Shown here piece after piece: positions 49,689-61,800 of a stretch of 64,000 nt of DNA; the first letter of the stretch is position 1, and each line of letters opens with the position of its first letter. The notes beneath the pieces were generated by a model, which saw only the letters and a program-made list of their open reading frames with translations, was not told where the DNA came from and ran no database searches. Origin of the DNA: Lingula anatina (lineage: Eukaryota; Animalia; Brachiopoda); the NCBI GenBank assembly GCA_051362555.1, contig CM120647.1, positions 3,782,001 through 3,846,000 of the forward strand, given 5' to 3'. The position numbers and the translations under genes were made by a program.

Positions 49689-50300
49689 CCAACACCAAGT
49701 CCAAATTACAAGTTTATTGTCAATACAAGAACAAATGTGTGAAGGAAAGATACTTAGATACAATTAAAGATAGAGATAAATGCACCACTTTAACCAGATT
49801 CCGCATAAGTGCACACAACCTAGGTATTGAAACAGGTAGACATGAAAAAATTCCCCAAGCTGACAGAATTTGCAAAAAGTGCCATTCTGGTGAAATAGAA
49901 GATGAAATCCATTTCCTAGTGTCATGCCCTACCTAGTGTCAGACCTTCGATATGATCTTTATTCAATATACAAAAAACAACATAGTCACTTTGAGCACCT
50001 TACCAGAATGGATAAATTTAAAACACTAATGACTGGTAAGAAGAACGAACACATTATTGCTCTTGCCAAGTATTTATGGTTAGCCTTCCAAAAAAGGGAC
50101 TGTGCTGCACCCATAACCAGTTGAGTAGGTAGAGCCATTTGGGCTCTGCCAAATATGTTTTCTATTTTTCATACAAGGAGTCATACAATATCACTATTGA
50201 TCATAATTCATATTTATATATATTTGCATTCCTTTGTACATTTTCATCTATTCATGTAGATGCATACGTTACAATGAATAAAGTATATCAAAATAAACCA
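46566..50300 (+). mobile_element. Non-LTR retrotransposon (RTE-X-like LINE), near-complete ORF2 with 3' frameshifts
   Basis: APE endonuclease (WNVQG, TETW, GDFN, SDH), RT (KAFD, GVKQG, YADD) and C-terminal IETGRH..RICKKC..EDEIHFLVSC. AATAAA near 50277. Confidence 0.92.
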
Positions 50301-50850
50301 GTTTTCCTGTTCAACGAGACCCCCTAGCCTAACTAAAGCACGCGTAAGTTGAAAACGGAGCTGATGTTATGAAATCCCAGACGCATAATTTCAGACAAAC
50401 CTTAGATCTAACGAATGAATGCCAGCTTTTATCGGTTGAGAGTTCTAATTAATTTTGACACTGGTCTAAATCGTTCTCTTGAAGCCATAAACTGAAGCGG
50501 AGAAATCAGCCTTTTAGTGCTCCCCGGAGATTCCAACATTATATAATCACTAAGTTGCATTGGCAAGCTGAGAAATTTAGTTAATTATACTGGTTCAGCC
50601 CTCTACTCACTGCCTATGTAACTGTCACTATGTCTTTCATGCATTTTCAACGTTATTATTGAACATTTCCAACCGGAGGTCCCCTCTATGCATCGACAGA
50701 AGCCACCATGTTAGTCGTGACGTCAGCCTTCTTCACCACGTGACACCTAGGGGGCGTGCCTTTGCCCATATACGCCTCATCTATATGTCTGCGTTTTAGA
50801 GCTTTAGTAGATCGTCGGAAATAAGGGCATTGCTTACTAATTAACTCAAA

Positions 50851-51832
50851 ATGAAAAGAAGATCGAAGAAAAGCGATAAAAATACTCGTTTGGCAAGTGA
50901 AAGCGGGACGTTACTCACAGAATGTGACAGGCTTCGCAGCGATCTAGTACGGGAAATATACTCTCGGGGGTACGTACCGGGTAGCTTAGCAGTGTAGTCA
51001 CCGACTTCTAGATAAAACGGAATGTTGACCGATTAATAAAAAGATTTAATCAAATATTTATTGTTTTCGTATCATTTTCCTTCTGAAACGTGGTCAACGG
51101 TGATTTTAGTGATATCCAGCTAAAGACTGGAAGTCTAAAATTTGGCAATGTTGCCGTAACCGTCCATAAGAAATGAACCGAAAATCGAAAAGAAAATGCA
51201 TTTAATTATATATAATCTTAATTCAGTTAAAAAGGTTTCCTTTACACGCCTGCATGTTATATAATGATTTATTTATTTCACTTCGTTATAGGTTTCAAGC
51301 TGAACAATTTTTGAGTGGGATTGAAAGTAGTTCTTCGGACAGAAAGAAGAAAGGATACAGTCCTCGGAGGATACGTTACCTGAATTATCTCAAATGGGCA
51401 ATTGCAATGCGGGTGAGAGAAAGAGAGAGAGAGAAAGGTTATGCTAATCAATTTATAAATTCATTATGATTTACTCTACCGGCGTAAAAATAATTATCTA
51501 ATCGTAAACTATAACAATAATAGGCTATAATTGCTGAATAGTTGTAGCTAATTTTACCTTGCTCAGTTTTATTAAGTATATCCAAATATAAAGTAGCCGA
51601 ACAAATCAACTTTTGTAGCATTATTTCTTCTATCTAGGAACGAAGAGACGAACAAGGAGAGAGGGTGAACAGAGAAGAAGAATTTTATGCTTGGCCCCCA
51701 TTAATTCTAAAGTGGATTAGAGCATTGGTCCCTGGGAACATAAAAGGCGAAGACCGCGCTGATGCAATGCCTGTTTCTTTAGACATGTTTTGTACATACG
51801 TTCTAACTGCAATAGGAATACCCCAAATATGA
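50851..51832 (+). CDS. Three-exon 144-aa transposon accessory protein (KolX-like), convergent with the transposase
   Basis: Exons 50851-50969, 51292-51412 and 51638-51832, with canonical GT-AG sites and matching phases. Motifs RRIRYLNYLKW and WPPLILKWIRALVPG. A homologous first exon lies at 57841-57935. Confidence 0.65.
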
Positions 51833-52062
51833 TAAAGTATATCATTTTTATATGAACATATACGGAAAAAAATTCAGACGTGATCTACATTGACTTTATT
51901 GACTTACTGAACGCTGTTCACAACCGACCAAAATATAGAAACACGATAAATAAATTGCATCATAATGTGTAAAAATTGTAAAATATTAAAAAAATAAATT
52001 AATTGATTCTGATTGAAAACAACAGTGTTTAAACTATTTCTTATGTATTTCACAGACATTAT

Positions 52063-54171
52063 CTATGTACATTCTCGACGTTTATGACTTTTCATAGGCT
52101 CTCCACACTTGGAGCATTTACGCACGCTAATCTGTCCATCAAACGCTCCAGATTTATAACTTTCTCCCTCAGCATATTCCAACTTGTCCATCTTTCGCGC
52201 ATAGGAAAGCTTCAGTTTTTTGCGACGATCCTTGTTTTCTGGCATATTCTTGTAATCCGCGTGCCGTTCCCTTTTTGTGTCTGCGTCCTGCCATGCCTTC
52301 GTGGAGTTGCCTGAAAAATGAAGCCCAAGACTTCCAAACAACGCTGTGTTCACAGTTGTTACCCCAGCATTGAAAAACGCTACTCCCAGAGAGATGCCGA
52401 ATTCCGTCTCATGGTAGCTGTGCCTGTGAGACTTAGGCAGATAGGTGCCCCAAACAACGTGATGCAAACTTTCGTTGGCATTCTGAGTCCTACAGTTCTT
52501 TGCACCTTCTAATAGATCAAAATCTGCCAGGCGGTTGATAACTGGCGTGACTGCTTCTTGAACTGCAGGTGGGATGGGGTTTTTCAACGGCTGGTAGGTG
52601 TGCTCTCCAGTAACCAGGTCGCGTTGGTACTTGCACCAGCTATTCGTCCCGGGGGGGGGGGGGGGGGGGGGGGCAGTCTTCGTGTTGGGGGATTTCCTCC
52701 GTGCTTGAGTAATGCTTCAAAATGGCTCTAGTAGATTTTTGCATGCTCAAAACGTCGCCCTTATTTTGCCTGATTCCCATCCCGTAAAAGATCTGGAACG
52801 AGTTTACTAGCCTCTGTGTTAGCCGTCCCTTGCCGCTCAGTGCTTTGCCATCAGACAGTTTCTACCCTGCAAAGATAAAACGGTATATATTAGCACAGGG
52901 TTTCCAACAAGTACATCCTGCCGTTTTTAAAATGACAAAAAGAAGCGAAATAAAAAACACGTTTAATGAGAAATTCACTTTTCATAAAAAATACATTAAC
53001 TATTAGATAAGTTTGGTCGCAATTGAGTAAGGTGATGAATATTTACCTTTAGTGTTATCAAGTAACCGGCGTAAACTTGTCCCCATCCTTTTTTGAATGT
53101 GGCCGACACAGTCTTCTTTCTCTATTCTGACGTTTGGTCAGTAGGGCTGGGCCTTCTGCACAGCTAAATATGCACCACTATCGCCGTCCCCAAGAAAGGT
53201 TGTGTAGCGCATGTTGTGGCGAGCAAGCGAGCGTGAAAATAGAGTTAACGCACCTTGCGTTTCCATAGACTTGCTGCTACCGTCGTGGTTCTTGGTGCAG
53301 TTTGGCTCATGTTCCAAAAACCAGCGATAGAAATCTGTACTGTGCAAGTCACCACTTTCTTCGCGTTTTTTGCACTCTCTACACTCGAGACTGAGGTGCA
53401 CGGCGTCTAAAACTTTGCCGGTATCCACGCTGATTACTGACACAAGGCCATGTCGCGCAGAAAAACCAGGATGAGCCCAAGAACCATCTACGCTGACCGC
53501 AACATCCAGCACATCATCATCACCAGTCTCTGACTCTTCCCCCAGGTCTCGTTTGAGTTGCCGTAGTTCTTTGCCAGCCACACTACACTCACGCTCCATC
53601 ACCTTTTTTGTCTCATCAGCGAGTTTTTTTTTGTGTGACTGCTCCAGGGTTTTCCACTGACCGGTGCTGGCAAATCTAGATAGCCACACAGTCTTGCCAT
53701 ACCTGTACGGGATGCCCTTACACTTCTAGCAGCGAGCACTGACTGGCGGTTGACATTTGGCGTTGACTGTGCATACCCTGAAGTTCTAAATTCAGTGGAG
53801 TGGTTGCACTTGCTATCACGGCATTGCCACACAAGAAATTGATCAAGTCCTTTCCTGCGAGATGGGCACTCTTTCAGTGTTAATGAATGATTATTGCATT
53901 TAGCGCATTTCGCGGCAGCTTTCAGACTTTCAATCAGCAATTCCCACTCGATAATTCCTCTTCCCTTCACGTCGACGAGATCGTAGCTTTCGTCGTCGGA
54001 CGTGTCCTCGTGTTCTGTACATGCTGAGACAGTGGCGGTATCGGAACAAGACGGTTGCTCAGAGTCCGAAAGAAACCACTCCTTAGGCTGATTATAGTAA
54101 GAGCCTTTGTCCGACTCTTTCAGTCGTATCTTCGCCTCCTCAGACATTGGTGTTCTCCTTTTTCTTCCCAT
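52063..54171 (-). pseudogene. Kolobok-type DDE transposase ('Mutator-like transposase' domain), disrupted
   Basis: VSVDGSW..GF..GKVLD..C..C..NHDGSSKSME..GDGDSG..KEDCVGHIQKRMG..GKGRLT..TQNANESLH. One intron (~52868-53046). Frameshift in a T-run at ~53625 and in-frame stops at 53138 and ~52863. Confidence 0.85.
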
Positions 54172-55620
54172 TTCAGATAATAACGTTATAGTGTTTTCAG
54201 TCAAGTAATTTGCTGTAAACTGACTTAAAATAGGTTTGGTTTCGAATTTATATAGTCTTATCTAACCACCCACTATCAATACTGGACCCTCATTAATATT
54301 TCAAAGAAAACATCTGGGATCTGAGCTAAAACTTCCGCTGAACAAACTGACCAGATGGACACTGAGGGCAGACAAAAAACATCTTTTCTCAAATCCGGAA
54401 AATAGTATACTGGACCAACAGTTATTGTTTAAATCTGCACGTTAAATCGGCAAAGCAATTCTGAACAATAAGTAGGAAATCCGAATTCATCGCAAATAGA
54501 ATATCACAGAAATACGTTGGCCAGGAAATTAAACATTTCTATCATCTTCTTAACAACGCAAAAACAAAACAAAACAAAAAACGCAGTTACTTCCGTGTAG
54601 AAAACGCCACAAGAACGATATTCAAAAGTAAGCATGTTTAATTTGTTTAAGCAAAGTTGAAAGAAATAAAACGCACAACCAAGGTAACACGTTGAATGTT
54701 ATGTTTTGACATCGATCGCCTCCCGCGAGGGTCATGAGAAGGCTCACTGGTCTAGTCTGCTAATGAGCCACAGCTGCACAGTGGAGCTGCCAATCAAACC
54801 CATATATGGACAGCAGTGACCTACTTTAAAACTCAGACCCCCTACCACTGGGGTAAATCGGCAATTACAGTAGTAATAAAAATTAAGTTTCCGTTGTACG
54901 ACGTTTTAAAAACGTCAGAAACGTTTTAATCCCTATCCTATGAATAGAAGGGGGCGGACAAACAATGGAGAGCCGTCTAATCCCTTCAAAATTCGAACGC
55001 CAAAACACAACAGTTTAGACGTAATAACACACAATACCTTAGGCGAGTGAACCCCATGACGCCTGTTTCTGTGGTCCAGCGCCAGCGGGACAATCCGCTG
55101 TGACCAGGTGTAATTAACAGCAGGATACATCAGCCAGAAGGTGCCTATTGTTTGTTGCGGCGATAAGATTATAGCTTTAAGATGCTAGAACCCATGCTAA
55201 CGCGTGCCACTCCCGTGGCCACCTATCCTTTTGTTCACTAGCTTGGCACGCGCAGCAGATCATGTATTAATTAAGTGTTGCAAGAAAACTGCTAGTTTAA
55301 TTTAGTATCAGTTATTTTATTCAATATGAAGTGTTCTGTGGTCAAAAATTGAATTTGATATACATGTATCAGCAACGTACATCAGCATGATCAACAAATC
55401 ACCCCGTCTCAAAAAGTTTAAAGATGCTCCGTACACAAATTTCCATCATCGCTACCTGTGTAAAAATAGATAACTGTTTAGAAATAACAAAGAAAGAAAC
55501 ATTATTAAAACAATTTTTTCACATTACAAGCTGACGTGTTGCCTCAAATACTACATTAAGTTACATTTTATATAAAATAATAGAGCGAATCCGTAAAAGG
55601 ATAATAATAGAAAGTCTTAA

Positions 55621-55659
<39 letters not shown>

Positions 55660-55660
55660 A

Positions 55661-55828
55661 CAGGCCCGCAGTCAGGGGGAGTTCGGGAGGTTCGAAAGAC
55701 CCCCCTTTTGCTGAAAAAAAGTTCACTCTGGGTAAAATTTGACATAATTACATGGGGATTTTCCGGTAAAAGGTCCACTTTGTCAGAAAAGGATCCCCCC
55801 CCCTTTGAAATTGCTGGCTACGGGCTTG
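55661..55828. mobile_element. Short MITE, copy 2, inside a (TAAA)n tract
   Basis: caggcccgcagtcag..ctggctacgggcttg TIRs. Shares its body with 38355-38525. Confidence 0.7.
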
Positions 55829-57233
55829 ATAAATAAATAAATTATTTAAAGAATAAAGTAAATAATAAGATGACATTAAGAATCAAATAAAAAAGATAGA
55901 AATTAGATGGTAAAAATCATTAAATAAAAGATAAATTATTTTAAATAATTTCATAAATAAATTTTGATTTAATAATCGCTGTGAAGTCTACCCATTATCA
56001 GGGCCACAGATAGATTTTCACTAGTTGCCAGTATAGACAGATATGTATCTGTTTATTTGATGGGACTTTTTTGCACGCGCGTTAGGGGAACGAGCATATA
56101 AACTAATTTCTTTTAAGATTAAAGTGAGTGTCCTATCATTTGAAAGCCAACAAAATATTTCATTCCACATTAGAGAAATTAGCCTCATAATTACATTTGT
56201 AAATTTATAACCGGGTGTATGTAACTCTTCGCTGTTCAGTAACAGTTATAAAGGAAAGTTAGATTTTGCTTGTATAAAACACACTTTTTATTCTGATAAA
56301 AATCGACTGCGCACGAAGCATAATGATATTAGGCTTTCGATGATGATTGTGCATGAAACATCAAGTCATTTTTCCTTTTCATAATAGTGCTGGGCACCCA
56401 GGTGTTGAATCTTTTACTCGACGTGCATCTCCTAATATTGTATAGGAATGATTTCAGGTTGTTCTGGAGCGATGACGATTGCGTTCAAAATGGGTTGTTT
56501 GCAGCATAAGTGATGTGAATAAACCTAGCTTACTAATTAACTATTACCAAAGTAAAGGAGGGCTTTAGGTTTATCAGCCTAAGATTTATTCAATATGGGC
56601 AGTTAACTTGGACCAGTCTTGTTTCATTAACTTTGCGAATGAAAGTCTCCGTCGTTAACGTAAATTTCCTATATGATTTTACATCACTTATCTGATTTAA
56701 CAATCTTATTGCTTAGGTTTTGTTTAAGGTTGCATGAGAACAGATAATGATCGCGTTTAACAATAGATTGAGGGCTATAGTAAGTCCTGCCTCTTTGGGC
56801 GATGTCTAAGACTGTTAATTCAACGTACATAAACATGTAGTGTGACCACAGTGTCAGCCATCCCCCTTGTTGCACGTTGCAAGCGATTTGTCTCATAACT
56901 ATGACAAGGCGTTCTTTTTTCTCGTTGTTGTTTAAAACGGACCACTTTGTTAAGGCTAATTGCTTAGCTCATTGCGCGTCATATGTACTTAGCTCTTTGC
57001 GCGTCATATGTAAACGCTAAGATATGAATGTTATACCGGGTAGTTGATTGTTTTGCCCGGGCGCCGCACTTATGCTTTCTTACTAGAGCGATCTAGAACA
57101 AGTCGCTAGTTTGCCCTGTTTGTAACTGTAGCAAAATATGTTCGACATGCCGTTTCTGCACGACAGCCGGAGACACAGTAATTGTATAAGGCATGGTTTA
57201 GCTTGTTCGAGAGATAATAACAGTCGCGTTTAA

Positions 57234-58807
57234 GGGGTCTAGGATATTAAAAATACGTCTAAAACTCGATTTTTAGTTTTTTATACGTTAGAAATAATCA
57301 ATTTTGTATCTAATACTCAATTAAGTTATATTTGTGAAACACGGACTAAAAATATACATTTGGACGAGTTTTTCTACCTGTCCTGACTGGTACGGGTGGC
57401 AGGCTTTAGGCTCCGCCTCCGTTGTCAAGCACCGTTACTATGGGGGCGGAGCAAGAATGGTTGTCTTACTTCTTAAGCTGTTACGCGTGCCCTGGCAGCT
57501 CATAAGTCTTACGTCAGCTAAGCAGACCACAGTTATATACACAGTCATGGGAAGAAAGAAAGTCGTGAGAAAACGGATGAGCGAGGAAAGCAAGAGAATT
57601 TTGAAAGAGAGTGCTTCTGGTGGATGGAGAAACCCCGCGGTAAAGACTCGAGATCACACTTGAACTGCTGAGTATTCGTACAACGTCTAAGGTTGTCAGA
57701 AAAAAATCGTTAGGCAATCATTTTATGCACAATAAAGATTGTAATAGCAAGCAAGTTTTAAAGTAATATTGCCACCCAAAACATTTTCAAATTCGCATAT
57801 TACGGTCTTGGCACTCTGTGGCATCATGGCATATACGTACCCACATTCGGCCATTTCTCGGAGTAAATCTTGCTTTACTTTCTCAATTTTCGCGTCTTGG
57901 TGTGTAGAGCGGCGCCCACGCACGACGGGTGGCATTGTCCTCTGCTGGCACACCAAGTAATCCTCTTTTTGTTTGTAAGCGCTTCCTTAGACACTTCCTA
58001 GACAGTGCACAGACTCCTACTGCGTCAGGCACAATTATGATTAATTACGTCAGTGAAACGAGAGTAGGCAGACCTACTCAGCTGTCAATCATTTCCCAGG
58101 GAAGAGCGACTTTCGTGGTACGAATAAGTTTGCGTACAAAAGTAAGATTTTCTGGCATCTAGATAGAAACAAACAACCCAATTTTAACACGTAATGGTGT
58201 ATAGACCTTCCCGATCAACAAGATGATAACAGGTAAGGTGGAGGTGCAATTATTTTGCTAAAATAGCCCAATTACCTGAGCAAAATGGTTTAGGAGCGAT
58301 TTCTCAGCTTTGAAGATTGATAACATAGTCTAAACTTCAATCCCCATATCTCATTCTGTAACTGTCAGATTGACATGAAATTTGATGTGTCTCTGTTTCA
58401 GTATAATATCTAGTCGTCTGAGTCTTGGTTTTTGGATTGACCTTTTATTTTTGAAGTTATTAATACTGAAATTGGAAGGTCCATATATATTTCGTAAAAT
58501 TCACGTTTTATCAAAATAAAATCAAAAGTAAAAATAAAAAGAGAAAGTCCTGACAGAGTTTAATGGAGTTTGTGCTAACCTTTAGATAGCTATTTCAATC
58601 GTATTAATAGGGCTTTTTGTTTAAGAGAAATTCTTGATTAAAAAAAAGACAATTTTAGCCTCAAAACGCTGATATTACGTCACTCGTGTTACACTGTGAC
58701 TACAAACTTTGAAAAATTGTTTGGCTTGCTAGACCTTTTCTTTAAGTTAATAGGAAATTTCATTAGCTGCATTAGTTTTGGACTTTTTCGTTAATATCCA
58801 AGATCCC
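57234..58807 (+). mobile_element. Internally deleted Kolobok-type element
   Basis: TTAA TSD and 17-bp TIRs ggggtctaggatattaa / ttaatatccaagatccc (15/17). Retains a transposase N-terminus (57547+, MGRKKVVRKRMSEESKRILKES) and the convergent partner's exon 1 (KVKQDLLREMAECG|gtacgt). Confidence 0.8.
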
Positions 58808-58824
58808 TTAACAAAAGATAGTAA

Positions 58825-61800
58825 GAGCGCATTCTCAACGAATTAAGCCAGGCTTTACAAAGCCGGTGACCTAAAAATGGCGGACGTACATGAAAGAAAA
58901 ACCGCCTAATCTTTTAATAGTCTCTCCGCCTCTCACACGCCTCCCCACACGTCGTCCCTGCGGGGTACAGTAATTAAATCTCGGCTCCGAACATTAATAT
59001 TTCCGTGAATATCTCTGGTGATATTATCTCCGTAGATAGTCGATTCATTGCTGCTCTACGGGCCAAATTATTCCTTTTTCGTCTCTGTTTTCAAAGATAC
59101 TAGAACAGAAGAGCTTTTTTCCTTCGATCGCCTTCAGCCGCCATGCTTTCTTCGCCACGAGTTTAACTGATGAGCATGCGCACTTAATATTTCTCAGGTA
59201 GCTTCCGCATGGCGAACGGAGACGCGATTTAATTACTGTACCCCGCAGGGACGACGTGTGGGGAGGCGGAGAGACTACTGTCATGCCTATAATTCCCGCG
59301 ACAACTAATTGATCATTTTCTGACGTCTGTACGCGTACATGGTGACGAGATAATTATAGGGCAAAACACAATGGCAATGAAAATGAGAAGACGTCAAGCC
59401 CGCCCTATGTTCGCTAATATGCAAATCAACCCCGCTTGTCCATCGGTGGCGGCTTGTCACCCTGTTTATGCTCGACGGGGAGTTAATTGCCGCTTGCTGT
59501 AAGCCGACGTAATTACATAGTTGCTTATCTGCCGGTACTGTTCCTTTTTCTAGGCTGACACAGGGCCTATCTCCTGCCTTGCTAACGGGTTTTTCTTCAC
59601 TTTGCAAAGTTTTGTTTGAAAGATTTAATATTTATTTTACTTGTGAGTTTTTGTCCTGCTATCCACAATTTTCCCACATAACGGCCAACGTTAATTTGAA
59701 AATGACGTAATGCAGTATCGGTCACAAACCACGGAGCGTGCCGTCTGAGGTAATGAGCAAAAATAAAATAAACTACTTCAGACGTTGTGAAGATTATCTG
59801 TATATTCGCTTCTTTAACGTCTTTTACCGTGACATTATATGCTGATCTCATTTGAAAGTTTTTCGCGTATTATTCGGTCAACTTATTCTGTCAAGCCATA
59901 CGGGCCTGTCACTGCACGTGCGCCATCTTGAATTTTATATGTAGAGGGAGGCAGGTCGACAGCCATGCGAAAAAGGACTCTGTGCACGCGGAGAAGTGAA
60001 AGTGATACCTTTTTGAAAAACGATATCATTAAAAAATACATTCATAAAAATTTAAACTTTGCTTGTCGGAGGCTGATACCCCACAAAGCGCTCAAGCTGC
60101 TGAGCACTGAGTTATTTATAAGTGGGATCTATTTATGTCCTGGAGTGGTTCATCGTAGAAATATAGGCTAATTTTGTAATTGCAGTAATAACAACATTCT
60201 AATTCATTGCTTCTTTGTACAAGCAAGATGCTCTTTTCAAATGAATAATGAAATGAATAAATAATGTAATTAAGTTGAGAGAAAGCAGCTCGTTATCTAT
60301 AAATGGGTCTGTGTTAATTTTTTTTTTTTTCAGGTCGATCCTTAGATTGTGCCTATTGGCTGGTAATGTAGTTCTGTCTTTTTAAATTGATCAACAACTA
60401 CTTTTTAAATTTTCTTTAATAAAATACAAATAACAAGTTTGACATTGAAAATCTAACATGCATGAAAAGCCAATTATAGTTCCAGTGTTATACTATTAAA
60501 ATTCTATTTCAGCATGCGAAATATATATTTCAAAAAGTTTGCATCGATCATGTTTTGTTTGCTTAACCTTTTTGTTTTAGACTTTGAACACATGGATGGA
60601 ATTTGTAAATATTCTACACAATATAATTCACTTTCATTAGTTTTGAATTTAAATATATGGACAGTATTAATTAGATAAAATAATACTTATTAAAAAAACG
60701 TAAATTTATTGAGAATAAAAATTTAAAATGACCTTCCGTAAGCGTATTTTTGAGAGATGATTCTGTACAGTATTTACGAGTGTAAATAATATGCGTTTGA
60801 CAGCATTTTCTTTCAAATGTGATTCTTTAGAAATGTGCGCATTAACTTTTCTTGTCTTACAGACAGACACAGAGAGGACTTCAGGTCCGAAACCAGAAGG
60901 CCACATGGAAAATACATCTAAGGTCTACAAAAGGCTGCCTCCTTTGTAGGGTCTTATCTAGCGCACGAAAATCTTTATTAATCATGCGATTTGATAAATT
61001 ATCACAGATGATGATTTAGTCTAATTGGTGTGCTACACGGATAAGAAGGGCGCGTAGAAAGTTGCCTAGGTCTGTAAATATATGCGTTTTGGTGTCGGGG
61101 GGGGGGGGGGGGGGGGTCTCCTTTTCTTGCCACAGTATTTAAATATTTAAACTGGAAATTATTCGATCACCAATCGTCAAGCTGTCTATGCAGAAAGATA
61201 TTTTTTAAACTAGCGGAGAGCACCTGCATTGGAGAAGACGACCTGGCAGAGAAAGACGGAAGATAAAGATCACTCTCACATACTTTTTTTCCCGTAAATA
61301 TTTTGATATTAAAGACTCCCGTCCCTCTTCCCTTGTTCGTGTCCTTCTTTTCTACATTTACTGCATTTTATCATTTGTTTTCCCCGAAGTAAGAATGAAT
61401 CGTTTGAGCAAGCGGGCTTGGTAGAAAAAGAGGGGAGATAAGGACATCAATCTTATTTCCCGTAAATGTTTTTAATATTAAGGATTCCCATCACTTTTTC
61501 TTGATAGTTTCCTCTTTCCTCTATTTCTTTTCGCTGCACTTTTATCTGTTGACTTCTCTTAAATAAAATTAATCAAATCTAAATAAAACAAATAACGGAG
61601 AGCAGATTCTTTGGTGAAATTATTTATCTGTCAAAAACCTTATAAAACGTTAAAACATTCTTTATGAATAACGACCCATGCAGTAGTGTAAAATATTCAT
61701 TTTGTAGAAGGTTGCACAGGATTAAATTCTCGATGCAATTAACGATTATTTCCTAGTCTTTCATTAGCCTACCAGCACCTTATTGAGAAAATTTTGATTC

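Noticed and set aside
52651-52673. Poly-G run in the transposase (also ~42884 and ~61096) as G-quadruplex or frameshift signals
   Set aside because: Homopolymer slippage or sequencing error is a sufficient explanation.
46136-55200. Termini for the large Kolobok-type element (e.g. TTAA|GGATGTAG at 46136)
   Set aside because: No matching inverted end was found on the right, so boundaries are left undefined.
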